A stretch of DNA of 64,000 nucleotides from Antedon mediterranea (taxonomy: Eukaryota; Animalia; Echinodermata), in the NCBI RefSeq assembly GCF_964355755.1, contig NC_092679.1, forward strand, positions 14,987,432-15,051,431. Direction: 5' to 3'. Below the pieces are notes generated by a model, which worked only from the letters and a program-made list of their open reading frames with translations, searched no databases and was not told where the DNA came from. The number at the start of each line of letters is the position of its first letter. Position 1 is the stretch's first letter. Shown piece after piece: positions 10,355-24,667 of the stretch. The translations under genes and the position numbers were made by a program.

Positions 10355-11113
10355 TTTCATGGTATTGTTCAAACTCGATTGGATAGCGACTCTTTAACAC
10401 TCTCGGCGTGGTACGGCGGAACTATATATAAACAAATCAGGCAAAGAACATTAATTCTAAACCGCCCGGTATATATAAAAGACACCGGACCAACTACTAG
10501 TTATTCAACTACAAAAACAACATTTAATAGTGTATAATAGTATATTTTTATGTGTATGTATATATGTGTAATTTCGTTTTTATATTTTTATCCTAAATAT
10601 TTTATTGATGTTTCAATAAATTGCAGTACGCACTGAAACAGATGAAAAATTGACTTTTGATTTTATTACAGTACTCTATTTGCCTAGGCCTAACAAACGA
10701 TTTGCTGTCACATTAAAGAAGGTCAAATAGCGGACTTGTATTTATTTCAAGCTGAAGATCTCAACAACCCATAGTTAGAAAATAAACATTGTTTGGCTAC
10801 TCATTATTTATAGAAAGTTGTTGGGTTTCTATAGAAAAGTGAATGAAACTTTTCTATATCTATAGAAAATTCTATAGATTTCCTATAGAATTTGTTTTTA
10901 TAGAATTCTATAGTAATTTTTGTTAGGGTGATCAATAGAAATTTTTTCTGAGGATAAAGCATCTGCCGAAACAGATTGTAATAATATTGGAATCAATCAC
11001 AGATTTTCCAGTTCAGGAATTGTGAAGAATTGCCATTTATTATTGTTTGGCTGAGCTGGCTTTTAAATGGTCTGACCTTGTAAAAATTTTACTTTTACTT
11101 GGTTTTACACAAA

Positions 11114-14100
11114 ATGGCGTTTGAACAAGATAAAGGATGGGCTTATGTTGTTGCTCTAGCAAGCTGGTCAATTATAATATTCACAGATATGGCTTTCAGG
11201 TCTCCGGGAATATATTATACATATATGGCCGAGTATTTTGAAGCTTATGCTGTTAATGTTGGATTTGGTCTTTCTATGATCCGGACTCTCAATTTCTTAT
11301 TAGGTAAGACTGGTTGTAGGTTTAAATCAAGCAAATGCTTTTTTTGAACAGCATTTTCACGCATGCATTTCAGGAAATAGGTGTCATTATGACATTTACA
11401 TTTGCATTAGGTTATTCATTGTTTTAATATTATTATTCATTGTTTTCTGTGAATGGAACACCATCGTTAAACATTTATATTCAACTAGGACACTTAAGCC
11501 TATATATAACAGTGATAAAAGCAGAGGGAAGTAAATGTTTGTGAATATAGAATCTATGTTATTCCTTATGACCATTATTTACACACAATGCACAGCGGAC
11601 GGCCGGTTTCTGAAACAGGTTAACAGATTCTACGTGGGGACAAGCTATCTACGTGGGACAAGCTACGTGGTTTTCAGCTTACTGTGTAAATTGGCCTTTA
11701 CGGTAACCATAACCTACTTTATATAACGCAATAAGAAACCAATTCATATTTGGACACCATCTTTTTTTGGATTTTGAATCTTGTCATTTATAGGTGTGCT
11801 GGGTGCCATTTTGGTGGAAAGATCGAATTGCCGACTAGTTACATTTTTTAGTAGTCTGTTAATGATGTCTGGAACTTTTTTGATTTATATGTCAACAAGT
11901 TTCTACCAACTAATCATCGCATGTACACTTATTGGTTAGTTTAACATTTTCTTTCTCTAAAGCTCTGTCTACACTATCAAACTAGTTTTTGACAAAACAA
12001 AGTGTGATGTGCACAAATATGGCAGTGATATGCCCAAACATAGTAGTGATATGACATCATGATGTCCATACATTTTTTTGTCACATAAAGTTTGATGAAG
12101 ACAGAGCATAATATTCAACGTATATAAAAAGAAACTATTACTGACCTAGGCCTAGTTGGCTTTTGTTTTCCTGTCCTGTTATTATTGTTTTTTATTAGGT
12201 CAAATAAATAAATAAAATTATTGTTTTTCTATAATAAATAATTGGCAAAATGTTATTTTATGTCGTTTAATGTCGATCTTCTTACAAACATCACCTTAAA
12301 AGTGACATGAATTAAATTGCAATATGTCTGCTTCTTCTGAAATTATCATCGTCATGTTTCATTTTATGAAGACATGTAAAAAAAACTAATATGGCCACCT
12401 GAATTGAAAAGAAACACATTAAAAAGTGCGCATCACGCTTTTACATGCCTGATTTTCTCCCAAAATGCTCAGGCATTAATAATAATGTTACCTGGTATAC
12501 CAATATTTTCATTTTGAGGAATTAAAAAATTAATGTGAATAACTTGGATCAAATATTTTCACCTATATACTGAATATTATTTGAATTTGTTATAGCTCCC
12601 AGATATAAAGGTGACGCGGCCCCATATAACGTATTATGGAAGCTGTTAAATTATAAATGTTAATTCATGAGAACAAAAATTGACTATCGTCCAAAGTGAC
12701 GGGTCCACATCTCGCTAATTTAATTTCAGGAATTGGATTAAGTTTGGCGAATTATGTAAGCTACTATATCTTAGATGTTTACTTCAAACAGCACTTTGAA
12801 TTTGTAATATCAGTATTGCTGGTGATTAGAGGTATTGGTGCCATCATTTCAACACCAGTGACACAGGTAAACACAAGGTCACGGTGATCAAGTTTGTTTG
12901 TTTTTAAATTTTAAACCACAGATGGATGGATTTAGGAAGCAATCTGGACCCGGATCTAAATTAATACTTTACTAAAATTATAGTTCAGTCAATCTACAAT
13001 CTTTTTATTGTTTGTACTAATTATATGCCATACGTCAAAACTACAAGACGGATCTTAACGATTCTTTATCCTTTTATCTTTTTACTCTTGCCGGATGTTA
13101 CAACTCTTATATTACTTTTTGTGTTGGGCATCGTCTTCTTTTATTTGTAGGCCTATTTCATCATACATCTTTAGACGAAAGGTTGAATAAAAGTATAATG
13201 TTAGTCTATAGTAATAATCAAGCTAGAGATCTGTTAAAGACTGAAAATCTGCTAAAAAATGCTTTGATTTGTTTAAACAGGTAATGGTTATGGTGTACGG
13301 GTGGAAATCAGCTTTTCTTATTAATGCTGGCCTGTCATATCAGATTTGTGTTTGTGGCTCAGTTTTCAGAACTCCCAAAAAAACAATTAGGAATAAAGGC
13401 AACAACTCGAATATTTACAAACTTTGTCATTTTTCATTGTTTAAAAACAAAATGTTCCGAACTCTGCTAGTTGTATCATGTGTGCAAGCTGCGTCTGAAG
13501 GGATTATCCTAACCATGACAGACGATCTGGAAGAGCGTGGTGCATCGCTGTATTTAAGTCAATCAATTGGTATTATTTATGGCATTGGTAGTTTACTTGG
13601 AAGACCATTTCATTATGTTTTCAGCAAGTGTTTTACAACTGACTTACTTATCCACTTGGCAGTGTGTTTCCTTATCGCAACTTTTTCTACATTTATCAGT
13701 TGTGTATTCACAAGTGTGACGTCAGTGTTTTTGTACATCTTCATGTACAGTTTTTTTACTGGATGGATAGATGCGGTAAAACCATTATTTATGAAATATG
13801 AAATTGATGCTGATGAATTTGCCTATGGGTACGCATGGACATATGTTTTCTATGGCCTAGGATCATGTATAATAATTCCTATAACAGGTATGTAAGAACG
13901 TTTTTATTTTATTTTTAGATTTATTACAGCAGGCAAAATTGTTACAGTAGCAATATAAAATCTGTCCTCAGTAACAATCGTGTATAGTTTGTAGGTATAC
14001 TATATTTGGCGACAAACAGGATGGATAAACTCAAGATAAACCAACTGTTTCATTTTAAGTTTAAAGCTTTGTCTGCACTATCAAACTTTATTTGACAAAA

Positions 14101-15137
14101 AAAATGTGATGTGCCCATATATGGACATGATGATGTCATATCACTACCATATTTAGAAATACAACTACCATATTTTGGCACATCACACTTGTTTTGTCAC
14201 ATAAAGTTTGATAGTGTAGACAAAGCTTTAGGGAGTGGATTAGATGAGTCGACAGTTACGACCATAATACTAGGTCAGCTAAAAGCTACAAGCACACTTC
14301 CTAAAATTGATTATTCACCCTCTTGAAGTTCCACCTTACAGTAAGGGGACACCTGTCTTTTAGGACACCTGTCTTTTAGGACTCAACAAAGTTCCTATTA
14401 TGCTATAGCGTACGGTATACGTACATTTCGCCTCGGTTGGTCTCACATGAAATTGCCGCCGTCATGGGTGTCCGTGGGGAAATTCTAGTAATGTAACCAT
14501 AAAGGCCCATTTACACTAGGACGATAACGATCGACGATAAATAAACAAATATATTTATTTATACATAAAACAAACGAAATATAAAAACTTTTTATAGAAT
14601 AATCATTTATGATGTCTTTGATGAAAATGATATTTTCACACGTCCAATCAAATGACGTCATGATTAGTAAGAGCAATAATAATAATAATATCGTAACAAT
14701 TCAACGATGTTATTGTTTTTATTTATCATGACTTGATTTGAATTGTAAAAATATTATTTTTATCAAAGACAGCATAAATGATTATCTTATAGTTCTAGAA
14801 TAAAAACCTTTCTAATTTTTGTTTTGTTTTAAATCCAATGACATATTAAAAAGTTTATAACAATAAATAAGACAGGATGTTTGGTCCTTTTATGGTTTTT
14901 CATCAGCGCCATGAACAAAAGTGGATATTGGCTTGATGGAACTAAAATGATCAACAAGTATTTTATTTTACAGGGCATTATGTTTAAGAACTTTTGTATT
15001 TTTCAGGGTTACTTAGAGATTCAACTGGTTCTTACTGGGCATCAGAAGTATTATTTTTTGTGCTTAGTGGAATTGGACTCGGAATAGTTCTTAATGTTAT
15101 CTACCATAGAAGGATACATTACAAATTATTACAATAA
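11114..15137 (+). CDS. SLC16/monocarboxylate transporter-like MFS protein, copy 1 (401 aa); exons 11114-11303, 11794-11934, 12730-12866, 13281-13887, 15007-15137
   Basis: GT-AG exons in consistent phase; DKGWAYVV (cf. DGGWGWVV), YFKQH (cf. YFxKRR), YGWK, GLLRDSTGSY; multiple hydrophobic helices. Confidence 0.88.
14065..14227. mobile_element. Representative of an abundant 100-165 bp PIF/Harbinger-like MITE; other copies near 11961, 16068, 26635, 31878, 33891, 46927, 49007, 51014, 57343, 62758
   Basis: TIR consensus AGCTYTGTCTACACTATCAAACT, flanked by TAA/TTA. Confidence 0.75.
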
Positions 15138-15855
15138 TATCTTATTTAATTTATTATCATGCACTTTAAGAGCTCCACTTGATTTTCATTCTGAACCATT
15201 ATTTAAGTGAAATCAAATGTACTTAAAATCACTGATCCATTCATAACATTCAAATCTCTATTTTTATGTTCTTGAATTATTTTGTACAGCTACTAACATT
15301 AACAAATATAATTTTAGAAATCCACGTGAGATGCTTGTACCACTTCTTAGATTAACCAAATCTAAATACTGTATAAGCCTAACCTACTCAGTACCAACTC
15401 TGTGGAATGATTTAGATGATATACTTACTGGTTGTATTGTAAAACCGTAACAATTTTTAAGAAATGTATAAAGTATTTTTATTTGTCAAATTATCATGAG
15501 TAAAGATATAAATGTTCTCTGCATATATATATTTTGTTTCATACTTATATATTTGAAGTTTAAATATGGCGTTTACCTTTTTCCTTAATAAACTAATCCT
15601 AATATATTGTTTTATGAAGGGGCTGATTGAGACAAGTTTATTACTTCTAAACCAGATCCTAACCAAAAAAAAGGGGAAAATATTATGTTAAAATGTATGT
15701 TAAATAAAATATTTTTTTTTTTGGTTGAATAAATATTACGAAAAAATCCCAAAAAAGTGGTCATTGTATAATTTAAAGCTAGTGATTATAGGTCGTGGGT
15801 TCGAGAGTGGCACCTGAAAGCAATTTGCACCACTATGCTGGTGTTGATTCATAAA

Positions 15856-16001
15856 GTTTGGTTCCCACTAGGAGTCAACATAAGGACGTAGAAACAACTC
15901 AAGCGAATTGACCAATGACAAGCAGCAGCTCAAATAATCCATCGCTCGTGATTGGTCAAATAACATGCGTTACGCTTACTTCCTTGAGTGGAAACCAAGC
16001 A
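15856..16001. mobile_element. Short Harbinger-like MITE (also near 33679 and 50798)
   Basis: Imperfect TIR TTGGTTCCCACT / AGTGGAAACCAA with TAA flanks. Confidence 0.5.
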
Positions 16002-17732
16002 TAAATTTAATCCAATATACTCCTAAACAACAATAATTACTGTGTACATGTTCACTTTCTTATATTAAGCTCTGTCTACACTATCAAATATGGTAGTGAT
16101 ATTGCCAAATATGGCAGTGATATGACATGACACAAAAACTATGATTGTGTAGACAGAGATTTAGACGTTTAAAAAAAAAAATACACTATTATAAATTATG
16201 TGATGATTGTATAACTTATTTAAATGAATAAGCTTAGAAGAGATATCAGATTTTATAAATGTACACTGCTGTGTTCTTTATTACAACAATAAATATATAC
16301 TAAAAATCAAATCAAAGCAGACTACAAACAACATGTATTCTGTATAACTACTGTATATCAATTTATTTATAATATACTTTCACAATTTTTGTAGCATTAT
16401 TCTCCGCTGCCGCCTCTCAAAAAAATAAATAAAATTATGATTAGGGGTTCTGATGTATACACCTTCAGTGCCATAAATTCACAATTACAATATAGAATGT
16501 ATTTATATTTATCAGGCAATATAATAATGTCTGATTTTAATAAATATTAATAAGTTTAGAGAAACTATGTTATTGAGTGCTGTATGTGCCTAAAATTTTA
16601 GAAAAATATAAAAAGATACAACTTCATTTTTTACAATTGTTAGGCCTTGATCCCGCAATTAGTATAAGCATTTCAAAGTCTTGGATCCATCATGGATAAC
16701 CAACACCAGTGGCGTAACGCAGAGGCCTAAGGCCCCTGGTTTAGGAACGATAAGTGGCTCTCCAACACTGGATGCATCAGGTGTTTATAGCCTTTTTTGA
16801 CATACTTTAATGCTCAGGGCCTCCATAAGCCCCGGGCCCCTGGGTTTAGCCAGTGAGTGCTCATAGCCATTACGCCACGTGACCAACACCATTAACCTAT
16901 TCTGTGTTAAAAAACAACACTATTAATCTGTTACACTTAAATTATATTTCTTAATAAATATTGACTTAAGAATATATCAAGGTAATGACATTAGAACCTT
17001 TATTAAGGGGACACCTTACGGAACCAATAAAGTGTCTCCTTAATTGAGTTGATTTGTGTTGAAACATATATTGGCCTTTGTTTATTTTAAGAAAGTGTCC
17101 CCTTAATAGGTGTCTAAAAGGAGAAATTTTCAAATGCATAATTTAATAAATCTATGGTAATTATGTAAGATTGTAGATTTTGTTTTTGTAAATTGAAGTT
17201 TGAATTTAGATTTTAAAAATATTTTAAAGGTTTATTTTGAAATGTCTTATTCTTGTCTGTAATTTTCAAGTTTTAATTTTTTGCTTAAAGCATATTTCTA
17301 AATTATTAAAAATATTAAGCACATTACATTATTCAACAAACATATCTAAAAATATCATCTATCTAATCTAATCTTTAAAACAAAAATGCAGATATACATT
17401 TAAATATAAATATTATGTCAACCACATACAAAAAATGTTACATCTATTTGATGAGGTATACAGTAGAAGCCACATTAAAGAAACATTTTCCCTTATAGGA
17501 GTGTCCCCTGAATATGGGTTGGCCATAGTGTTAAACCATATATTTCAAAATATCACAGTAAAGTGTGGTCCTTTTAATATATAAGGGCGTCCCCTGGATA
17601 GGTTCTACTGTATTCATCTTTTTGTTCTTATAAATAATTATTACTTTAGTAATGATAGGAACACTGATTTTGTCCATCTTATATCTTCAGCCTTTTATTT
17701 CAGTTGCAAAATCTTGATAAATATTAACCTCT

Positions 17733-18114
17733 TCAACTAGTTTTCCATAAAAACAAACTAAAAAGAATGCTTTAATTTCAAATTTTAATATATCAAATAC
17801 AAAATATAGTTATCAATGCTAGTCATGCTATAATATGGTGTATGAGAATATCAGCATGAGGCAGAAATGTTCGATTTTCTCACTACCCACCCCAATTTCC
17901 CAGTAGTCATATTTTATTTTAATAGTATATTTAAAGCATCTTTGCCTCGTCTGTTTTTAACCTCTCGCTACGCCCTTGGCTTTTGAATTTTGTTTTGTTT
18001 GTTACATGCTTACCAGCAGTCATCGGCACCAGCGGTGATCAAGTAACGGTCATCAAATGTGAATTTTACATTAGTCACATGAGCTGAATGTCCAACATAC
18101 TTCTTATGTGGTGC
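17733..18114 (-). pseudogene. Duplicated last two exons of the EML5/6-like gene (18114-18014, 17757-17733)
   Basis: [41 protein letters not shown]; homologous to 53200-53100 and 52834-52810, splice sites intact. Confidence 0.88.
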
Positions 18115-18949
18115 CTAACAAAATAGATACATAAATTATGGTATAATTAAGTTATGGGTATTCTGACCAAGGCAATCCGACAACAGGAAACTGAACTCGC
18201 CTTATCAAGATAGGAACTCGTAACAGTCCTTTGATCTTGGGTCTGGCTGCGACAAATACCAACAGTACTGTACTATGTACATATTCTCAACAGAGCATGG
18301 TGTATGTTAAGGGGCATGGAACTGATCTTGTTGCAGCCACAGATAAACCCTTTGACCTCTGGGCTGAAGCTCAGCATCCTGTTTTTAAATTGCATTGTTC
18401 TGACCAATGTTGTTTTAAATGTTTTTAATTGGATTCTATGCTTTATATACCATTTTATAAATATTTATTGTGAGATAACCAATCAATGAGTGGGAATGCA
18501 AATTGTAACCCTACATATGATCAGCGTTATCTTGTCTAAGATTAAACAACATGCTTGTACTGATTGGAAGAATGATCTTGCACTAATATCTTCTCAATCA
18601 GACTATCAAATTATTATTTTTAAAAAACCCTGCCTAATTACTCTGGACACACCTTCTCTCTAGAAGGAGGGTTAGATTGTAGTTGCATTCTTACATATTT
18701 GTTTCCATACCAACCTGTAACAAATAATTAATGATAAAATAGATAACGAGTGTTCAAAATGTTTGAAATCGCGTCCACTACTCACTCACGCAATACTCAA
18801 ACGATTGTCGTATGCAAATAATTTAAGACATTAAAACAAAAATGATTCACAACTGTACTGTGTTCTCATGTATGTGGATTTCATGTTATATAATATTTTA
18901 GATAATTGATAGATAACAGATATGGCGACCTTTTTGAGGTCAAGGACAT

Positions 18950-21600
18950 AACTCTTTGCAATACGGTTTTCGTAAATCTCGTTCCACTTCACATGCAATC
19001 CTTGATCTCATAAATAATGTAACAAATTCGTTTGAAAAAAAACCCCATTTTTTGTTATCTGTCTTTGTCGACTTATCCAAGGCCTTCGATATTATAGATC
19101 ACCGTATACTTATTAATAAACTTAACAATTATGTAATCAGGGGTATTACCTTAAACTGGTTTCGTAAATACTTAAGTATGAGGAAGCAATATGTTCCCTT
19201 TGGTATATCTCCGCAGGAGGAGATGGCATGTGGGGTGCCACAAGGCTCTGTTTTTGGTCCTCTCTCATCTATATATAAATTTACGTAAGAGCAAAATTCG
19301 GTAAATCGCGCCTTACTTTTAGAATTTTTACTCGATGGTATGTAAAGTTGGTTCGTACTTTCGGTACTGATTTTAACCCCCTGATGTAACCCTGTTTACT
19401 AATTAAATTAAGTTAGATAATTAGTTATTGACGATTAAAACGAATTTAGGTTCAACGATTTGCCCCAGATAGGGGTGTTTTCCGATCGTGGTATACACTG
19501 TCTAATGGATGTCCATCTTGAAAAATACCCGCCACAAAAATGCGAGGAGGCTTCGCATTTTCCTATCTCCTCCTACGATAATTGTTTTTAATAGCTGAAA
19601 ACCGGTTGAACAACTCGAGTACAGTATCATGATGTTGAAGACAGGCCGATTTTCTTAAAAAAATACTATTTTGATAGATTTAATATACGTTTATACAAAT
19701 GTATTGATTTGCGATGAATGGAACATTCCAATCTCTGTGTCGTTCCACAAGTGTCTATTCCCTCAGGCGTCGTAAAGGAAAGTACTGTATACTCATAACA
19801 GAAATTCGATCCATTTTTTTTTTCAATCTGTGCTGCAGAGGTTGGATATAATTTTTTTTAACGGATAATGATGAGCTAGCGTTTTCAGTCGCCGTATATT
19901 ATGTACAAATCTTTATTATTGCAGTTAAACCACCCACGTGACATCATCACCCTTCCCTCACTGGCATGAGTAGCGTTGTAAAGCCAGTAGAGGATAGGCC
20001 TACGGTGCATCACATGCCCTAAACGCAGAACAACTTTGGTGGGTAGGGTTAGGAACCAACTTAAGTATGAATTGGCTCTAAGAAACAATTGAAAACCATT
20101 AGGCCTACTAATTAAGTTGAGTTAGATGATTTAATATTTATTGACGATTAAATCGAATTTATGATTTGCCACGAATAGGGGTGGTTTTCACAAATTGTTT
20201 TACATTATATAAACATATTATACACGTCGTAGTGATGTATCGTTACATGTAGGCCTACTATACTATTTCAATCGACTAGGACGGTGATAGTTTCAACAAA
20301 GTATTACATCGCAATGTTTTACTGTGTTTAGTGGTATATTATTTGTAAAACATGAAAACAATTAATATTTCGTTACTACATGGATAAAGAATATATTTAA
20401 AAATTGTTCCTCTTTGCACCCATTTCCCATCCCTCAACCCTAATGTTACATACAAAACACAAATTAAGTTTGTTTAAATTTGACTTAAACAATTGGTCTC
20501 ATTTTGTGACAAGTTTCTCTTTCGGAAGTAATTCCCAGGGTGCTAATTTTAGTTGAGTACATAAATCACAGTGTCTATTTATTCGTTCCTGTAAACGACA
20601 TGTATTATGTCCTGCGGTACGTACATTTGAAATCGCCAGTTTTTTAACGCTGAAATTATTATGTATTCGAGAACCATCTGTGGGCACGACCTAGATGGTA
20701 CGCGAGCGAAGCGAGCGTACCATCTAGTTTTTCTAATTTACGTAAATGACTTATCCAGTGACACACTCCATGTCATCTCCTTTGCTGATGACACTACACT
20801 TTTTGTTCTCATTCAGATTTAAATGTTTTATTTTCTATAGTTAATAATGAATTGTCAAAATATAATGACTGGTTCATCTCAAATAAACTCCTTATAAACT
20901 CCATGGAAACCAATTACATTCTTTTTCATTTACAACGTCATTCGTTAGACCTCTCAAATTACAATATATTTATTAATGTAGATAACATTAAACAAACGTC
21001 AGAGACTATGTTCCTTGGTGTTTTAATCCAGGAAAACTTGAGATGGACCAGTCATCAGAATCATATTGCAAACAAATTTCTAAACAACCTTAAGCACACT
21101 TTTCCTCAGCGTATTCTTCTTTCATTATCTAATTCTTTAATTTGACCTTATCTTCATTATTGTAACATAATTTGGGCTGCTGATTATTCATCTCATCTCG
21201 ATAAACTTAATTAGCTGATTAAGCGTGCTATTAGAAATATTATTTTTACGTCTCGCATTACTCCATCTGAACTTTTATTTTATGAACTTAAGTTACTGAA
21301 GTTATTAAAAAATTGTTATTAAATTGCTAAGTGCCTCTTTTGTTTTTCAATCTTCCTTCTCCCATGATTATTTTATTTAACATGCACTGCTGATTTCAAC
21401 CATGGTCATACTTTAAGAAGTACTGTTCATAAGTTTCAGTTAACTATTCCTTTTGTAAGATTAAGCAGTTCTTCCCACTTTATTTATGTTTCTGGCCTTT
21501 TAATTTGGAATCAATTAGATACCAGTATTGTTAACTCTTCCTCTCTCCCATTTCATAAAAAAAACTTAAAAATCATTTATTATCATTGTACTCAAACTAG
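18950..21600 (+). mobile_element. Decayed L2/Crack-like LINE RT fragment, split by a Helitron-like element
   Basis: QYGFR, DLSKAFD, GVPQGSVFGP before the insertion; IYVNDL, FADDT, DWFISNKL after it; stops and frameshifts. Confidence 0.85.
19268..20727 (+). mobile_element. Non-autonomous Helitron-like element
   Basis: 5' TC, 3' CTAG, inserted between A and T without TSD; terminal hairpin CTAGATGGTACGC-gagcgaagcga-GCGTACCATCTAG. Confidence 0.85.
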
Positions 21601-23498
21601 ACCTCCAAACTGTTTTTTGTTGTCATGGAATGAAGTGGATTGATAATTACATTTTTATTTTGCCAATAACAATAATACCGTTTACATTTTTTTTTCATCG
21701 CTTAAAAAAATATTATATGATAAGCAATTTTGCATGTAAAAGAATAGGATTTTTCTTTACAAGTTTATAGATTGTTGAAAATCAAATTAAAACCTGGACA
21801 AAATACAGAAAAACAATAATAACCCTTTTCTGTAGAATGTAATAAATTACCATTCCCTAACATATACAGTAGTATCTGCATGAACATTCTAGAATAAGAG
21901 TGTTTTGATTTAAGAAACCATGTATAATTAATATAGGAACATTCCAGAAGTGCTATTAATAGAAACTGTAATCCAATAGAATAAGAAGTATAAGGAATGA
22001 TTTAGAAGGTTATGAACATATTGTATATAAGGGGAAGTATGACAATTGTAAGAAGGGAGAAGGATTTTTGATTGAAGCATTTATTTTGAAGAAGGTTGGA
22101 TTAGAGGTAGGATATTCGATTGTAAAAGTTATTGTGAAGCTGTTGTTTAAAGTGCTTACTGGATTGTTGAAAGTTGAAGTTGATTGAAATTAAAGCTTTG
22201 TTTTGAGTTATTTTACAACTTTGTGGATTATTGGTGTATACTTTTATGTCACAAGGGAGTTCCTAAAGTATTTTCAACCGCTCGGAAACATACGTAAAGG
22301 GAGTTCGTGACAAGAAACTCTATGAAATCTCTATAGAATTTTGATAGAGATTTTATTCAATCATTCTATAGAAAATCTATAAACGAATTCTATAGAATAT
22401 TTGATATAAATTCTATAAAATTATATTTATTTGATTCTATAGAACAAATTTGTAAGGAATATTAACATGAACCAATTATCATTGTGTACTTGAATTATAT
22501 CAACTTTTGCTTGTTTTATATCATCAAGTATTTTCATTTTTCATTGTTGGGAGTGGTTAATTTACTCTCTGGTTTTATTTTAACAAATGGTCATGGTCCA
22601 TGCATGTAGTGCCTTCTGGGGGATAGCTTCTAATTTTATTTGAAGAAAGGTGAATACTTTGAATCATGTACAGTCTTAGCCAAAGGCTGGTATACATAAG
22701 TAGTATTGTATTATTAACCTAGCTTACAAATACCATGAGTTACATAACATAAGAATCTATGCGTTTTTGGCCTAAATAGTAGTATGAGAATTAGGCCTAG
22801 CCTAGGCCAACAAGCCAGCCAAATTAAGGCCTATATATGGTGACTTGGGATTGGTTAGAGAAGCTAGGCCTAGCTAATTGAGAATTTAAATTGTTTTTTG
22901 CCTTCAAAATAAAAAAGACCTACTTGGCCTAAATAAAAACAACAACACGTTTGCAAGCCTATATCATGATATAAACAATTCTGTCTTTTCTTATTCTATT
23001 ATTTTATAGATCTCGCCATCGTTACCATTACATTATTATATAAAGGACCAAATTATACTGTAAAGCGGTATCCAAATGCTTCTGCTACTTTGCTGGACAG
23101 TCATTGGCCAACAAAGTAAAAGAGATGAACAAAACACCGAAGGTTAGCGTACAGGAATCAGCAGGAAGAAGTTACTGGATAGTTTTATGTTTGGTATATT
23201 TTATTGTACCTTGTCATTTACTTTAATTATATGTACATGTTATATATTATTTTATTAATTCTGTTATTCATTAAAACTCCAACTCATAACTGACAGTAAA
23301 GTGTAAGCTTTTGTGTAATTATTAGTTTTATATTTTTAATTCTAAATTTGTTATTTAAGATCCAAAACCTTGATCTTTTAATATATATATCTTTTGATAT
23401 ATTCCCTATTCCCACGTGTAAAGGTACAATTCCAAAACAATCCAGAATATAATATATTCTGGATATATATTATATATGTATATATATATATATCCAAT

Positions 23499-23543
23499 CT
23501 GCAGACAGTACTGTTTCGATCTTATTAGATCTCGTCAGTGCAG
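23499..23543 (-). ncRNA. Type I hammerhead ribozyme, retrozyme-like repeat A1
   Basis: CUGCA-CUGACGA-GAUCU(aaua)AGAUC-GAAA-CAG(ua)CUG-UC-UGCAG; GUC cleavage triplet. Confidence 0.88.
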
Positions 23544-23609
23544 CTCAGGTTTCGAAATGAAATGTACCGCAGAACTGGCACAATATATAGGCTGAGCCAG
23601 GTATGCGGG

Positions 23610-24448
23610 CCGCAATTTTTTTTTTCGTACATAAGTTGGGGACCCCACCTCATGAAACGTCACAAAACAAACATGAATAATTCATCAGTTAAATTTTCTT
23701 GTTCCGTGTGCACCCAAGCGTATAGCAACAAGAAGTGATTACACAAGCAAGTGCGGTACGATTCTGGGCCTATCTCCGCTGTTGTTGCGGCGTGCGATTT
23801 CATAGAAGAATAGCCGGGTTTTGTGTGGATTGTCGAAATAATCAGCCTTTAGTTTATGGTGTTTTTAATATTATAATTTATTACTAAAGAATTACGTGTT
23901 ACGTGTGGGTGTGTGTGACGTGTGTGTGTTAGGTATGACACAATCCGAGTACTATAAGTCAGCAAAATTAAACAATAAACATTACACAAAAATACATTTT
24001 TTATTCTCGTGGGTCTAATCTTCCCATCTCATGTGTTCATATACGCGCATTTTTAAAGTTCCTTTGAGTACATGCATATTGTTTGATAATAAAATAGCAG
24101 AATTAAAAAAATACAGTACACAAATTATACACATTCTTTATTCTTGTGGGTCTAAGCTTTCTTTGGGCTATGTCCAATGAATTACTACTTAGTTTAATGT
24201 CTTGCCTAGCTGTCGATTAGCGTCGACTCGACACATTTTGTGTGAAGAAGTGTGCGCGAAGGCAATCCCGTGAATTGACTTAGAATCCTAGGCCTACTGT
24301 AAAGTATCGTATCGCAGTTGTGTAATCACTTCTTGTTGCTATACGCTTGGGTGCAAACGGAACAACAAATATAACTGATGAATTATTCATGTTTATTTTG
24401 TGACGTTTCATGAGGGGTCCCCAAATTATGTACGAAAAAAAAAATCGC
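23610..24448. mobile_element. Long-TIR non-autonomous DNA element inserted in a retrozyme-like unit
   Basis: About 140-bp TIRs; TSD ATGCGGG (23603-23609 / 24449-24455); empty site at about 45053. Confidence 0.85.
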
Positions 24449-24622
24449 ATGCGGGACATGGTACATTGATTATGAACACATAGAGTGCAGAAGCTCAAAG
24501 AGCGTGCTTTGCAAAATGCTAATAGTATTCACAGCAAAAATGCACCGTTTCGAAATGAGTGCTCCACAAAACAACATACTATATATGAATATAGCAGAAA
24601 GTAGAGGAGCGTAATATCCAAT

Positions 24623-24667
24623 CTGCAGACAGTACTGTTTCGATCTTATTAGATCTCGTCAGTGCAG
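24623..24667 (-). ncRNA. Type I hammerhead ribozyme, repeat A2
   Basis: Identical to A1. Confidence 0.88.

Larger units (their letters stand above)
9466..10470. repeat. Tandem array of about 2.6 units (372 and 423 bp spacing), each with a tRNA-like sequence and a (TA)n tract
   Basis: Units start near 9466, 9838 and 10261 and are nearly identical. Confidence 0.9.

Noticed and set aside
14111-14326. Repeated ORF PIYGHDDVISLPYL (also 31905, 49034, 57280)
   Set aside because: Reading frame through the abundant MITE.
23010-23230. Exon-like segment after a strong acceptor (also near 43903)
   Set aside because: All frames hit stops and no protein family recognised; may be a UTR exon or relic.
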